Shown: positions 49,753-61,113 of the stretch, one piece after another
Layout: each line of letters opens with the position of its first letter
Position numbering within the stretch: the stretch's first letter is position 1
IMG/VR virus record: IMGVR_UViG_3300044711_000095
Span: 18,540-82,539 of that record
Length of the DNA stretch: 64,000 nt
Source of the DNA: a virus
Taxonomy: Duplodnaviria > Caudoviricetes
Direction: 5' to 3' (one strand)
Notes under the pieces: model-generated
The model's input: the letters and a program-made list of their open reading frames with translations, nothing else
Databases searched by the model: none
What the model was told of the DNA's origin: nothing
Program-made: the position numbers and the translations under genes

Positions 49753-52700
49753 ATGACCACCAAGACCGCGGTTCTCGTCCGCAAGCTCACCGACTTCCGG
49801 GGTGACGCCCGCCTGTTCCGGGTGGACCCGCCGATGCCCGAGGTCGAGACGGACTGGGACACCGGCACCGGGAGGGTCATCTACCACGAGTACGTGGTCG
49901 TGTCCGCCGTGGTCGCGATGTTCTCCGGTCCGGAGACGTACATCTTCCCGGCCACGCCCGACGGGGAGGTCGTCAACTTCCTGGAGTTGGACGGCTCATA
50001 CCGTGGAGGACTCAACCACGAGACGGCGTTGAACAACGCCGGGTACGCCGTCGTCGCCACCGACTCCGAGGCCACGATGACGGCCACCGTCGGGGCCCTC
50101 GCCCGGAACAGGTTCAAGGCGCTGTGCGACACGCTCGGCGTCACGTACACCGAGCACAAGGGCCTCACCGAGTCGTCGTTCGCCCTGCGGGGGACCTTGG
50201 AGAACGTGACGAAGGTCAAGGCGGCGATGGAAGCCGACCAGCCCCGCTCGACCGTCCCCGAGGGCTCCCATGGCTCGGACTGGTCCGGCGCCCACGTCAC
50301 CGACGGCGAGTGGACCGGCCGCCAGGTCTGACCCCACCCGCCTTGCCCGCACCGAACGGAAGGACCCGACGATGACGATCTACAGCAGCCCGGAGAAGTA
50401 CGGCCTGGAACTGGTCGGCGAGGTCGACTTCTCCGACGGCAACTACCAGTTCGACCTGACCGTGGTGTTCCGCGACCGGGACACCGGCGCCCTGTTCTAC
50501 GGCAGCGACTCGGGCTGTTCCTGCCCGGCCCCGTTCGAGGACGTGGGCCGCCCCGGTCTGATCCCGGCGACCGTCCACGAAATCGCCGCGTACCTGCAGA
50601 GCCGCCTGGCCCCTGTCCGGGATAAAGCGAAGCAGTACGGGTATCCCGTCTACGGCGAGGAAGCCGTGGTGGCGTTGACCGAGCGCGTCATGGCCACCCC
50701 GATCCCGACCCGCTCCGCCGGGTCATCGGAGCCCCGATCGGCAGCGGTTGACGCTGTCGCCGAGGTCATCCGGAAGTACTTGGAGCCGGTCACGTTGACG
50801 CCGTCCGCGTTGCGTGACCTGGCCAGCGAGTGTGTCCGCGCCGCCACGTCCTGACCAACCTCCACCACACCCACCCAAACCACCTCGCAGGAGATGCACC
50901 ATGACCACCGAGTCCACCACCGTCGACCCGGCAACCATCAAGATCGGCGGATCGCTCGACGTCGAGAAGGTCCAGAAGCTCGCCACCCAGTGGCGTGACG
51001 CTTGCAGGGACGACGCGTCCTGCTGCGTCGACTGCGCGGGAAGCCACGACGCGTACGTGGCCGCGACACAGAAGATCAAGGATGTCCGCGTGGCCATCGT
51101 CGAGGTGCTGAGCGCCGACCCGATCCTCGGGTGGGCGGTCACCGACCCGGGCGCCGGTGTGACCGCTGTCCTCGACGTCGTCGAGTTGGGCCCGTGCACC
51201 CTCGCGGACGTGTACGCGCTCGCCGACCGTGAGAGGTGGTGCGGGGGTTTCGAACGCGTGGTCCGCCGTGCGGTCGCTGCTGGTGTTCTCCCCTCCGGCC
51301 TGCCGCCTCGTAAGGGCTGGTGCAACTGCGGTATCGAGGGCTGCATCGGCTGACACCAGCCCCCACGATCAACAACTGGCCCCACACCGCAACCCCACCG
51401 ACCACCAAGGAGATCAACCACCGTGAGCCAGCCATGACCACATCCCCGCTCGCCCAGGTCGCCGACGACGCAGCCGCCGCCGACACGACCGACCCCGACG
51501 CCCCGTTCTCCCCACTGGTCGGCGCCATCCTCACCCAGATGGCCTCCGACAGCGCGTACACCACCAACACGCTGCTCGACTCACCCACCGCCCAGCTCGC
51601 CGAGGCGAACGCCACCCTCGACGCGATCCGTGACCGGGTGGAGGGGATGTTCCAGGGCGAGACGATGCCGACCCCAGCCGCTGTGATCCGCCGCCTGTAC
51701 CCGCCCCCGTCCGTGGTCGAGCGGTACATGCCGACGGAGGTGAACTGATTGTGGACATCGAGCCGGCAACGATCGACGAGGTCCGCGAGACGGCGGCCGA
51801 GTTGCGCGACTACGCCACCCACTTCGCCCCCCGGGACTGGCGATACACCTGGGACATCGGCGACCTCAAGGAGATCCGTTACAGCAACGACTTCGACCGG
51901 TTCCGGACCCGGCTCGTCCGGTCCGTCCGGTGGGCGCTCGAACGGAAACGGGGCCCGTGGACGGTCGGCCGTTTCCGGATGGCCGCCTACGCCCTCCGCC
52001 GGAACAAGCACCGCCCCGACGGCATCCTCGACGGCGGCAACATCATCACCCACTGGGAGGAGACCGGCGAATACCTCCAGTACGTCCAACCCACCGTCGG
52101 CGCGTTGATCGCCGGCTGGTTGGACGCCGAACCAGAAAACCCCCACGCCCAGTTGGTCGCCGCGGAGATGCGTCGCATCCAAGACGCCTACGCGGCCCGG
52201 CTTGCTGGCGCCACCTCTGACACACCCGAGGACTGACCGATGGGCTACGTACAGCACGACACCGTGATCGTCACCACGGACGAGTCCCAAGCCCCCGACC
52301 TGGACGCGTTCCGCGCCTCGATCCCCGAACGGTTCCGTCGCCTCGTGATCGGCCCCATCCCCTCGGTCGTCAACGCCTACGTCACCTGCGTCTTCCTACC
52401 CGACGGGTCAAAGGAAGGGTGGGTGGACTCCGACACCGGCGACGACATCCGGGCCCGGTTCGTCGCCCTCTTCGGGCAGCGGTTCTCCGACGGGTCGTCC
52501 TGGCACGACGTCGTCCACGTCACCTACGGCGGGGACTACCAGGACGATTCCGGCATCACCGCCCGCGACCCGAGAGGAAGGTGTGCCCCGTGAACCTCAC
52601 TGCCGCGATGGTCCACCGGGCCGTCGCCACTCTCAACAGCTACCGGGTCCAGGTCTGCCCGCAGAACACGGCCCCGTCCGGGGCGATGGCGGTGACGGTC

Positions 52701-52892
52701 GCCGGCCCCCAGTCCCTGTTCATGCTCGGCGCCGCCGTCCACGCGGTCGTGTGCGAGGTGTCCGGCCACGACTTGACGGTCACCGGGTTCGCTTCGACGT
52801 GCGTGCCCCGGATCGTCGCTGCGGGCAGGAACGCTGCGGACCGGACCGTGATCGCGTACTGGCCTGGTATCCCGTGGGAGGCAGCACCGTGA
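49753..52892 (+). CDS. Hypotheticals (49753-50331, 50372-50854, 50901-51353, 51434-51748, 51751-52236, 52240-52593, 52590-52892)
   Basis: SD-preceded ORFs; 50372 carries a YGSDSGCSCPAPFE motif. Confidence 0.65.
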
Positions 52893-53383
52893 CCGGTGAC
52901 CCGGGGGCCGCGATGGCCGCCTTCATGGCCGCCGTCCTCTACAACATCGAAACCCACGGCGTCCACATCACCGGCGTCTTCTCCACCACCGACGACCCCG
53001 GCCCCGACTTCACGTACACGACCGGCCTCGCCGAGCAGGAACACCCCGAACTGATCGTCTTCGGGCTCCCCGCACCCGTCGCCGCGCAGATCCTCAACGA
53101 CATGACCCGCCGGATCCTCGACGGCCACACCTACCGTTCCGGCCAGGAACACGTCGGCCTCCTCTACGGCGGTGTCCCCCTCCGGATCAACGCCCTGCCC
53201 AGCGACGTTGCGGCCCGACACTTGACCCTCTCCCACCGCCTGTACGCCACCCCCGACCGGGCCGTCCCCGCCCTACAGGTCGTGTGGCCAGTCCGAGCGG
53301 ACGGCGGCTGGCCCGGCGAACCCGACTACCCCGCCGAGTACGCGGAGGCGCAGCCCGTGTTCAGCCCGTGGAACCCGGCGTGA
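52889..53383 (+). CDS. DUF4262-like protein
   Basis: FTYTTGL..HPELIVFGLP..ILN..ALQVVWP..G.WP. Confidence 0.8.
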   Translation: MTGDPGAAMAAFMAAVLYNIETHGVHITGVFSTTDDPGPDFTYTTGLAEQEHPELIVFGLPAPVAAQILNDMTRRILDGHTYRSGQEHVGLLYGGVPLRINALPSDVAARHLTLSHRLYATPDRAVPALQVVWPVRADGGWPGEPDYPAEYAEAQPVFSPWNPA

Positions 53384-55303
53384 CCAGGCCCAAGGTGCTG
53401 GGCATCCCCTCCCCATGGAGCGGCGACGAACACGACCAGGTGCCGTGGACGTACCGGCCCTGGGTCCTCACCTACTGGGCGGTCCGCCGCATCCGGCACC
53501 GCCTGAGAATGCACGACTGGCGGCCACGCGGCGTGGACGGCGGGAAGACATCGCACTGCGACTGGTGCGGCGCGAACCGGAGGAACCCGGATGCCTGAAA
53601 TCCCCGTCGGCCTGATCATCGACTTGGGCGCGGCCCGCGATGAACTCCTCGACGCCCTCCGCGCCAACGGCAGGCTCACCCCCGACACCGTCCCGCACGG
53701 CCTGGACCTACCCACGGACCGCAGCCGACCCGTCAAGGAAGGTAACCAATGACCGACCCAGCCGGGCACGTCCGGCTGCTGGAACAGATCCTGACCGACG
53801 TGGAACGCGAACTGTGCGGCAAGCGCGTCCCACGCGGCAGCCAGTGGGCGAACCTGAAAGCTATAGCCCGGTCCATGCGACGCCGCGTCGACCAAGCGAA
53901 CGCGGACAAGGAAGAGGCCTATGCGACCCTCGCCAGGGAGCGCCGAAAGTACGAGGCATGGGAACATCAGCACGCCACCGGCCTGTCCGTCGAAGCGTTC
54001 GCCGAAGCACAGATCGAGACGTTCCGTCTCCGCCGCCTCGTCCTCCGGCTACTGGAAATCGGCGAGCCGCTGCCCCAGTACTCCGCCGCGTGGTGCGACT
54101 CCCGCGAAGAGATCGGCTACCTTCCCGAGACCCACTTCCAGGCCAGGAGTACACCACGATGACCACCACATTTCCCCACCTACCCACCTCGATCCTCGCG
54201 GTCGAACGCGGCCAGTCCGCGGCCCGCTACATCCGCACACCCGCCAGCTCCCTGGACTGGCCCGGCGCGGACTGGGACCACCCGATCTCCCTGGACTTCA
54301 AGACCGAGGTCATGACCGCGTCCACCCTCGGCGTCGACATGGTCCTGGACAGCGAACCCATCCCACCAGCGGCGCTGGTCCGCGAACTCCAGGACATGTG
54401 GCACCGCGCCGGTGGGCACCTGAAGAACGCCACCCGGGTCGTCGACGCCGACGACCCGCAAGGCGTGGTCTTCCACCCCGACCTGACACCCGGCCGAACC
54501 GTGATCCGGTTGCGTCTCAAAACCTGGCCCGCGATCCCCGGCGCCACCATCCCGAAGAAAGCGACGACTCTGTGAGCAGCATGTACCGGGTCCTGTGCTT
54601 GTCCCACCCCGTTGCCGTCGAACTGGACGGAGAGTGGCAGTCGGGCGCCGACGGCCGGCACGTGATCGAGAACGTCCTCGACAAGCGCGGCGCCAGCATC
54701 ATGGCGGACGTCCTCGGCGACCACGCCAGCCACGACCTGGTCGGCGGCCAATACTCCTACCCGTTGGTGTCCGTGTACTGCCCGTCCCACCCGTACGACC
54801 CCGCGAACCCGACCACGCACCGCAGGAGCCACCAGCACGGCGAGTGGACCGACATGGACCTTCTGCGGCTCATTTGGGCCGCCCACCAGATCGGCCCCCA
54901 GTCCCTCAAGGAAGTGACCGAACCGTTCCGCTGCTGGCCCGTGGAGCGCCTCACGCCCCTACGCCAGCACATCGACCCGTCCGGCAAGTACTGGGCGTAC
55001 CGCCAGGCCGTGGACGCCCGGCCCAAGCCCGCCGCAGAAACCGACCCGGACGCCGACCCAGGGCCCGCCACGGACACCGCCGAGGTCACGTGGGACGTCG
55101 ACCCCGACGCCGTCCTCGACTGGATCCGCAGCCACGGCTACCAGGCCGCGTTCATGGACCCGGCCACCCCCACCCTGCGCCTTCGGGCACCCGTGTTCTT
55201 CGCCCGAGAGGGGGACGGGAAAGCGGAGATGGCGTTCAACGGGGACACCCTCACCTGGGACGGCGAGAAGATCACCGTGACCCGGGACCCCGACCGAGCG
55301 TAG
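53380..55303 (+). CDS. Hypotheticals (53380-53598, 53591-53752, 53749-54162, 54159-54575, 54572-55303)
   Basis: Serial 4-nt overlaps. Confidence 0.6.
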
Positions 55304-55444
55304 GAACCGACAGGAGTCCCTCCTCTCGGAGGGCATCCGGCCCTATCCTTGCGCCACGCCACTCATCCCCAGATGTGGACAACCACTGTGGAGGACCGGG
55401 CGCAAGACCGGCGCGGGGGCGCCCCGAGTGGAGGGACTCCTACG

Positions 55445-56581
55445 TTGCCCCTGTCCGCGTGCGCGAACTCCTGCACCATCCGGAACGAACACATACCGGC
55501 CTGCCTCTGCTCCGACACCTCCCACCAGCACTGGGCCCACGCCGACGGGGAACCCGGATGCCCCACCTGCGACGGATGCCTCCCCCGGCCCCCCGCCGAC
55601 GGTCTCGCTGTCTGCGTCTCCTGCGACACCACCGCCCGCCGCGTCCTCAACCACGTCGCCGACACGTGGGCCGACCTCGCCGAGAAACCCGCCGCCGGCA
55701 GCATCGTGTCCGGTGGCGGAGCAGCCGGAGACCCCGAAGCATGCCCCGACTGCGACACCGGGCAGCCCTGCGACCGGTCCCACCGCGACACCCCCACCGT
55801 CCTGGACGAGGACCGGATCTGGGCCCGGTGGCGGATCCGCGCCCACCTCGTCGCCTGGTGCGAGATCCTCCGCGACACCCGCTCCATCACCCTCCCCAAC
55901 GAAACCGACATCGCGAAAACGACCCGGTTCCTCGCCCACCACGAATCGCACATGGCCTCCCAGGAACGCCTCGCAGCCGACCTGTGCGCCAGGCCCGGCG
56001 CCGACGGCTCCCCACCGGACCTCGCCGGCGTAGCCGCCCACAAGGCCGCCGAACGGGTCCGTGGCGCCGCCGCAGCCCGCGCCCGCGACGACCGGGAAAC
56101 CGGCCGGGACATCATCCACTCCCTCGCCGAACACATCACCCGCCACCTCGACTCCCTCCTCACCAACCCCGACACGGCCCGCGCCCTCCTCGACGACCTC
56201 CGCGAATGCGAACAACTCGGCCGCCGGTACGCCAACCACACCCGGAACACGACCACCCGGATCACCTGCCCGGCATGCACCGAACGCGTCACCCCCGACC
56301 GGTCCGTCCCCGGCCTGCTCCGCTGCCCTGCCTGCGGCACGTTGGGTGACGCCACCGCATGGGAAGCGCCCGCCGCCGACCTGATGGCCGAACCAGACGT
56401 CGTCGAATACGTCCGAGTCCAGCATCGGATACGCATCACTGGTCAGCAGTTGCGCCAATGGGCGACCCGAGGGTCCGTGACCCGCCACCACCAACCCGAC
56501 GGGGCGGTCCGATACAACCCTATTGAGGTCGCTCTGCGTGCCCTCGGCGCCGGCGCGAAACGGGCACCGAAGGCGAGCTGA
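55445..56581 (+). CDS. Zn-finger plus C-terminal HTH protein, probable late-gene regulator (start uncertain)
   Basis: Multiple CxxC; ITCPAC..CPACG; LRQWATRG..RY HTH; directly upstream of a promoter and the HNH gene. Confidence 0.6.
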   Translation: MPLSACANSCTIRNEHIPACLCSDTSHQHWAHADGEPGCPTCDGCLPRPPADGLAVCVSCDTTARRVLNHVADTWADLAEKPAAGSIVSGGGAAGDPEACPDCDTGQPCDRSHRDTPTVLDEDRIWARWRIRAHLVAWCEILRDTRSITLPNETDIAKTTRFLAHHESHMASQERLAADLCARPGADGSPPDLAGVAAHKAAERVRGAAAARARDDRETGRDIIHSLAEHITRHLDSLLTNPDTARALLDDLRECEQLGRRYANHTRNTTTRITCPACTERVTPDRSVPGLLRCPACGTLGDATAWEAPAADLMAEPDVVEYVRVQHRIRITGQQLRQWATRGSVTRHHQPDGAVRYNPIEVALRALGAGAKRAPKAS

Positions 56582-56608
56582 CCAGCGGAAACCCGCCCAC
56601 CCGGGTAG

Positions 56609-56637
56609 TTGGACAACGGCACCGGATCGGCTATGGT
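56609..56637 (+). promoter_or_regulatory. Putative late promoter
   Basis: TTGGAC-N17-TATGGT. Confidence 0.55.
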
Positions 56638-56705
56638 GACATAGCGGCAGCAGGACCACGTCCGCTGTCGGAAGCTACCCCAGCCGCCTCCACGGCCAGG
56701 GCAAC

Positions 56706-56752
56706 GCCCCGGACGTCGACCCGAAGCGGTCCGTCCGGGGCGGTTTTTCGTT
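56706..56752 (+). terminator. Intrinsic terminator about 100 nt after the promoter
   Basis: GCCCCGGACG / CGTCCGGGGC stem followed by GGTTTTTCGTT. Confidence 0.7.
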
Positions 56753-56775
56753 CCCGAACCGAACGGAGCGATGGC

Positions 56776-57003
56776 GTGGCCGTTGTCGTCGACCTTCCCG
56801 ATTCGGTCTACCAGCGGTGGCCCGATGGTGAAACCGCGGACGTGTCCCCGTCGGGGTGCCTCCTAGTGATCGACGGATGCGACAGGGTCGTCGGTGGCTA
56901 CACCGCTGGCGGGTGGCTGAAGTTCCATGTGGCCCTGGACGAACCCGCCGAGCTGGCCGTCGTCGAGACCATCCCCTGCCCCGCTGAGCCTCCGGACGAC
57001 TGA
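56776..57003 (+). CDS. Hypothetical protein
   Basis: GGAG RBS; TGATG coupling to HNH. Confidence 0.6.
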   Translation: MAVVVDLPDSVYQRWPDGETADVSPSGCLLVIDGCDRVVGGYTAGGWLKFHVALDEPAELAVVETIPCPAEPPDD

Positions 57004-57344
57004 TGGGCCGGTCCACTCTCCGGGCCTGCTCGACGCCCGGCTGCGGGGCGCTGGTGCCCGCTGGGGACGGGAAATGCGGCCCGTGCCGGCAGGCGGTCGA
57101 CCAGGCACGTGGCACGCCCGCTGAGCGTGGCTACGACGCCCGGCACCGGCGGATCCGCGCGCAGTGGGCCCCCCTTGTCGCGGCTGGCGGCGTTATTTGT
57201 TGGCGCTGCAACCTCGTGATCCCGCCCGGCGCCCCCTGGCAGATGGGCCACGACGACGACAAGACCGGCTACGTCGGCCCCGAGCACCAGTCGTGTGGGT
57301 CCGCTGATGGTGGCCGGAAGGGTCTGGCGCGGCGGTCCAGGTGA
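57003..57344 (+). CDS. Packaging-associated-type HNH endonuclease
   Basis: CSTPGC..C..C; RGYDARHRR.R; CWRC..PW..GHDDD..PEHQSC. Confidence 0.85.
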   Translation: MGRSTLRACSTPGCGALVPAGDGKCGPCRQAVDQARGTPAERGYDARHRRIRAQWAPLVAAGGVICWRCNLVIPPGAPWQMGHDDDKTGYVGPEHQSCGSADGGRKGLARRSR

Positions 57345-57371
57345 GTAACCAGGATGTGTACGGGATCGCGT

Positions 57372-57480
57372 GGTCGCCGTTGTAGGGGGTCGCACCGGGC
57401 CCGTTGTAGGCGCGCGCTTCGACGCAGGGTCGCCGTTGTATGCGGATCTTGGCTGGACCGCCTCGCGCTGTTGTAGGGGT
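57372..57480. repeat. Four GTTGTA-core direct repeats
   Basis: GGTCGCCGTTGTA twice (57372, 57428), CCGTTGTAGG (57401), CTGTTGTAGGGG (57468). Confidence 0.65.
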
Positions 57481-57487
57481 ACAGGAA

Positions 57488-58699
57488 TCAGGCCATGTCC
57501 GATTCGTACCTGAAGCGACGATCGCCGTTGTTGGTGTACACATGGGCACCCATTAAGTCGATCATGCGCAGACCTGGGCGAACCGGACGCAAGATCGCCC
57601 GCCTAGTAAGTACCGGTAAGGGCCGATACGCGCCCGGCTGAACTATCTGCCCGACCGGCGCAGAACATCCCGCAATATCCGGATCCCGCTCCGCCAGCAG
57701 ATCACCCCGAAACACCGGCGGCGAGCACCGCACGGAGCACCGCCGACCGTGCCGACGGCACCCCCACCGCCGCCAGGCCAGCCGCGAGCACCCCGACCCG
57801 CCCGGCCGTGACCGGATCCACGTAGACATCGGTCCGGACCTCCGGGCGGTACCCTCCCTGGACCGTCCACCGGCCCCAGTCAGCGTCCACCGGCCCAGCG
57901 AGCGCGTCGGCCACGATCCCCGCGATAACCCTGGACCGGGCACGACCGGCCCCCGCCATAGCGGTGAGCTTCCCGGACACGTCGAGGTCCACGTACACGA
58001 CCATATGGACCGTGGGCCCCACGGTAGGCCGGCCGGGTAGCGGAAGCCGCGGGACATCCACCGTGCAACCGGGGTGGCACAGCCGCTTGACGGCGCCCGT
58101 GGCGGAACCGGTGTACGTGTGCCCGCACCTGGCGACACGCTCGCGTCGAGGCCGGTCGGTGGCGGTGTCGTTGGGCATGGCTGCATCTCCATTTCGTGAT
58201 CGGCCGGGGCGTCGGCGACGTCCCCCGGGTCCTGCTGCTGCCGTCGCCATTCCGTCGCCGTCAGGCACGGACCGTTGACCTCGAACCATTCCCGTAGCTC
58301 TTGGGTGGCGTACCGCATCGACGCGTGCCGGCCCGAGAACCACGCACGGCGCCCGTTGACACCGCGCGCCAGCCCGCCACGGGACACCATGTTCCCCCTC
58401 GTCGCGTCTTCTGCTGCGCCGTGCCTGGCCTCCAAGTACGCCCGGTACTCGACGGCGATCCGCTGTGTGCGGGTCCGGCGGCGCACCGCACCGACCGGCA
58501 CCCGACCGGCCAGCAACGCCACCGGCGCGTCACTGAACGGCCACGGGTCGCCCGGATCCTGGACCGCCCCGGTAGGCCACGGGTCGTCATCGGGCCCCCA
58601 ACTGTCGGTTGGCCCGTCATCCGGGTACACGTCCGACCCGTACGGCAGATCCGCGTACGGGTCGGCAGGCGTCGTCCACTCGGCGAGCGAGACAGACAC
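57488..58699 (-). CDS. Hypothetical protein; only the first ~175 aa look coding
   Basis: AEDATRGNMV..YATQELREWFEVNG; the frame runs on over the next gene. Confidence 0.45.
   Translation of the reverse strand: MSVSLAEWTTPADPYADLPYGSDVYPDDGPTDSWGPDDDPWPTGAVQDPGDPWPFSDAPVALLAGRVPVGAVRRRTRTQRIAVEYRAYLEARHGAAEDATRGNMVSRGGLARGVNGRRAWFSGRHASMRYATQELREWFEVNGPCLTATEWRRQQQDPGDVADAPADHEMEMQPCPTTPPPTGLDASVSPGAGTRTPVPPRAPSSGCATPVARWMSRGFRYPAGLPWGPRSIWSCTWTSTCPGSSPLWRGPVVPGPGLSRGSWPTRSLGRWTLTGAGGRSREGTARRSGPMSTWIRSRPGGSGCSRLAWRRWGCRRHGRRCSVRCSPPVFRGDLLAERDPDIAGCSAPVGQIVQPGAYRPLPVLTRRAILRPVRPGLRMIDLMGAHVYTNNGDRRFRYESDMA
57702..58178 (-). CDS. Hypothetical protein, possible tandem RHH
   Basis: GGAG + ATG; two beta-helix-helix-like repeats (MVVYVD..RSRVIAG; TDVYVD..RSAVLRA). 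Confidence 0.5.
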   Translation of the reverse strand: MPNDTATDRPRRERVARCGHTYTGSATGAVKRLCHPGCTVDVPRLPLPGRPTVGPTVHMVVYVDLDVSGKLTAMAGAGRARSRVIAGIVADALAGPVDADWGRWTVQGGYRPEVRTDVYVDPVTAGRVGVLAAGLAAVGVPSARSAVLRAVLAAGVSG

Positions 58700-58746
58700 G
58701 GTGCGTCCATTCCTGGCCCCCCGGCCGGTAGTCGGTACGTGGTCGG

Positions 58747-59843
58747 TTCAGTCGTCCGTGTCGAGCAACGCGAACAGGTCGTCACCGGTCGACTTCACCG
58801 GTTGCGGCACCCGTTCGATCTCGAACAGGACCAGCGGCGCCGACGCGTCGAAGTCGGCGCGCGTCATCGTCGTCCAATCCGGCCGCGCGGTCACTGAGCA
58901 CCCCACGGCTCACGGTCAACGAACATGCCACCCGGCGTGAGGGTCATCTCGTGCACGTCGTCCCGGCACTCGTCCAGAAGGCGGGGGTCGGCGCCCGTAC
59001 GGTCGCACCAGCGCTCCCACAGGTCGGCGAGCACCTGCCACGCGTGGTCGCGGTCGGTGCCGACCGCCTGGAACGAGAAAGAACGGGTTTCAAAGGTCAG
59101 CAAGGTCACGCTCACCGGGTCACCTCCCCGGTCACGGTGCAGGTGGACACGCTCACCCGAGCGGACAGCCGGGCGTACATGCCGCACGTGTCGCACAACT
59201 GTCCGGGGTGCGCGTACGCGTTCCGTTCGTGCATGGTCTTGACGTCAACGATCGCGGCCCGCGCGTCCCGGTACCGGGGCGTGGCGCCACACAGCGGCAC
59301 GGCAGGCCCGTCATAGCTCAGGTGCGCGGTCGCCCGGTCCCGACCCGCGGCGGTCAGCCCGTAGTCGGCGAGCCACACGAACCGGCGGGAAAGGTCGTAC
59401 ACGCTGGTGCCGACCTGAACGGCGGCGACCCGTCCCCCGGGCGCACCGATCGCGGCCAGCCCCCGAGAGATGGCCCGGTCACGGTCCACGGGGTCGGCGC
59501 CCACGAACAGGTCGGCGATCAGGTTCCCCCGCGCGTCAATGGTGGCGACGTCGTACCGTTCGGTGGTCCCGAACACGGTGGCGGCAGCAGTCATGACGGC
59601 TCAGCCTTTCAGGATGTTGACGGTACGGAACGGGCGACCCGAACCGGTCGGGGTGGACGTCACCACACGCACGGCCCGTGCGCCGCTCTCCGGCGACCAC
59701 ACAGCAGCCAACGCGGCGGCCACAGCGCCCGCCTTCAGGTCCGGGCAGAAACCAGCCCACACGGCCCCCACGGGCTCCCCAGCACCGGTCACGGCGGTGA
59801 CTTCGAACCGCTGCACAGCGGCGAGAGTGACAGTCATGGTCAT
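58747..59843 (-). CDS. Leftward hypotheticals (about 58747-58894, 58891-59115, 59112-59594, 59601-59843)
   Basis: Coupled ORFs with SD sequences. Confidence 0.55.
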
Positions 59844-59888
59844 GCTCCCTGTATCGGCAACGCGGGTGGGTTCCTGAAGGTCCAGCGC

Positions 59889-59915
59889 TCCGGCCCGCTA
59901 CGTGAGCGGGCCGGA
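59889..59915 (-). terminator. Hairpin after the ArdA-like gene
   Basis: TCCGGCCCGCT-ACGTG-AGCGGGCCGGA. Confidence 0.6.
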
Positions 59916-59925
59916 CGCGAGAGGT

Positions 59926-60345
59926 TCAGAAGGTGCGGACCCAGTACGTCTCACGGTCGAGGGTCGCGGACGAGTAGTCGGCCTGCAGCTCCTCGGCGGC
60001 GGCGTCCCAGTCGATGCACGTGAACGGCCACCGGGCCTCCGACGGGATCATGTCGAGGTCTTCGGCGAGTTCTTTCGCGTAGTCGGCGAAGTGGTCATCG
60101 TGGATCAGGGTCGGCTCGTTCTCGGCGTACTCGCCGATGCCGTCGAGGCCGTAGCCGAGGTCGCTGGCGAACTCGGTGATGCAGTTGCGCAGCCATGCGG
60201 CGGCGCCGTCGCCGTGCTCGGCGTCGAAGGTTTCGGGGTCGGCGTCCGCTTCGGAGAGCAGGGCGACCAGGTCCCGCATGTCGATCGTGTCGCCGGTGGC
60301 GAACATGGCCGAGAGGCTGAAGGCGGCGGCGGTGGTGTCGGACAT
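59926..60345 (-). CDS. Acidic ArdA-like antirestriction / DNA-mimic protein
   Basis: About 32 D/E versus 6 K/R in 139 aa (hand count); C-terminal F.DYAKELAED..WP..CIDWDAAAEELQADY resembles the ArdA C-terminal domain. Confidence 0.6.
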   Translation of the reverse strand: MSDTTAAAFSLSAMFATGDTIDMRDLVALLSEADADPETFDAEHGDGAAAWLRNCITEFASDLGYGLDGIGEYAENEPTLIHDDHFADYAKELAEDLDMIPSEARWPFTCIDWDAAAEELQADYSSATLDRETYWVRTF

Positions 60346-60414
60346 GGTGACCTCCGGTGGTTGGTGGTTCAGCGGGTATGTAGAAAGTATCGCACGATGG
60401 GGCCCACAACTGAA
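60346..60414 (-). promoter_or_regulatory. Repeated early promoter/leader cassette, copy 1
   Basis: TTCAGT-N17-GATACT-TTCTACATACCCGC..CCGGAGG..ATG. Confidence 0.75.
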
Positions 60415-60469
60415 GCCGAAACAGGCCCCGAAACCATGAATCCCCCGAACGGACTACGGCCGGCACGGG

Positions 60470-60742
60470 TCAGTCGGTGATCCCGTACTCCCGCAGCAGC
60501 CGCGCCACGATCGCTAGCTCAGCACCGACGATCCGCGCACGGCGCCCGGCCGGGTCACCGAAGTACGCACCCTGAAGGGCGCCCGCCCGGGCGCTCCCCC
60601 AGAACTCTTCGGCCCGCGCCGACCGGACCGCCCCCCAAGCTTTCATGTCGCGTCGAAGGTCGGTCAGCGCCTCATAGGCGCCGTCGAAGTCGCCTGCCAT
60701 GGCTGCGGTGCGGATGTCGTCGATCAGGTCTGCGGTGCTCAT
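60470..60742 (-). CDS. Hypothetical protein, paralog A
   Basis: 63/90 aa identical to 61597-61869 (hand alignment). Confidence 0.8.
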   Translation of the reverse strand: MSTADLIDDIRTAAMAGDFDGAYEALTDLRRDMKAWGAVRSARAEEFWGSARAGALQGAYFGDPAGRRARIVGAELAIVARLLREYGITD

Positions 60743-60781
60743 GGCGGTTGCTCCGTTCGGTGGGTTCAGCGTGGCGGGGTG

Positions 60782-60985
60782 TCAGAGGGAGAACTGGTAG
60801 GCGCACTCTTCGGCGATTTCGATGATCGCGGCTTCCATTTCGGCCCGATCGTAGGGTTCGGTGGTCTCGTCCGGGGTGACGGTCGTCTCGCCGTTCCGGT
60901 AGGCATCGACGATGGTCAGGTCGCCGTCGGTCAGGTGGTAGCCGAGCACGAGCGCCCGGTCGATGATCTGTAGGTGCTTGTCCAT
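60782..60985 (-). CDS. Acidic hypothetical protein
   Basis: First gene after promoter copy 2. Confidence 0.7.
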   Translation of the reverse strand: MDKHLQIIDRALVLGYHLTDGDLTIVDAYRNGETTVTPDETTEPYDRAEMEAAIIEIAEECAYQFSL

Positions 60986-61054
60986 GGGGACCTCCGGTGG
61001 TTGGTGGTTCAGCGGGTATGTAGAAAGTATCGCATGGTTGGGGTCAGAACTGAA
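60986..61054 (-). promoter_or_regulatory. Repeated early promoter/leader cassette, copy 2
   Basis: 46 bp identical to copy 1 (60349-60394 versus 60989-61034). Confidence 0.75.
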
Positions 61055-61113
61055 CCCAGAACCGACCCCCAACCAGCGAACCAACCGAACGGACTACCGC
61101 CGGCAGGGACCGA

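Noticed and set aside
55374-55395. DnaA-box origin
   Set aside because: Only one good TGTGGACAA box and one poor copy; too few for an origin
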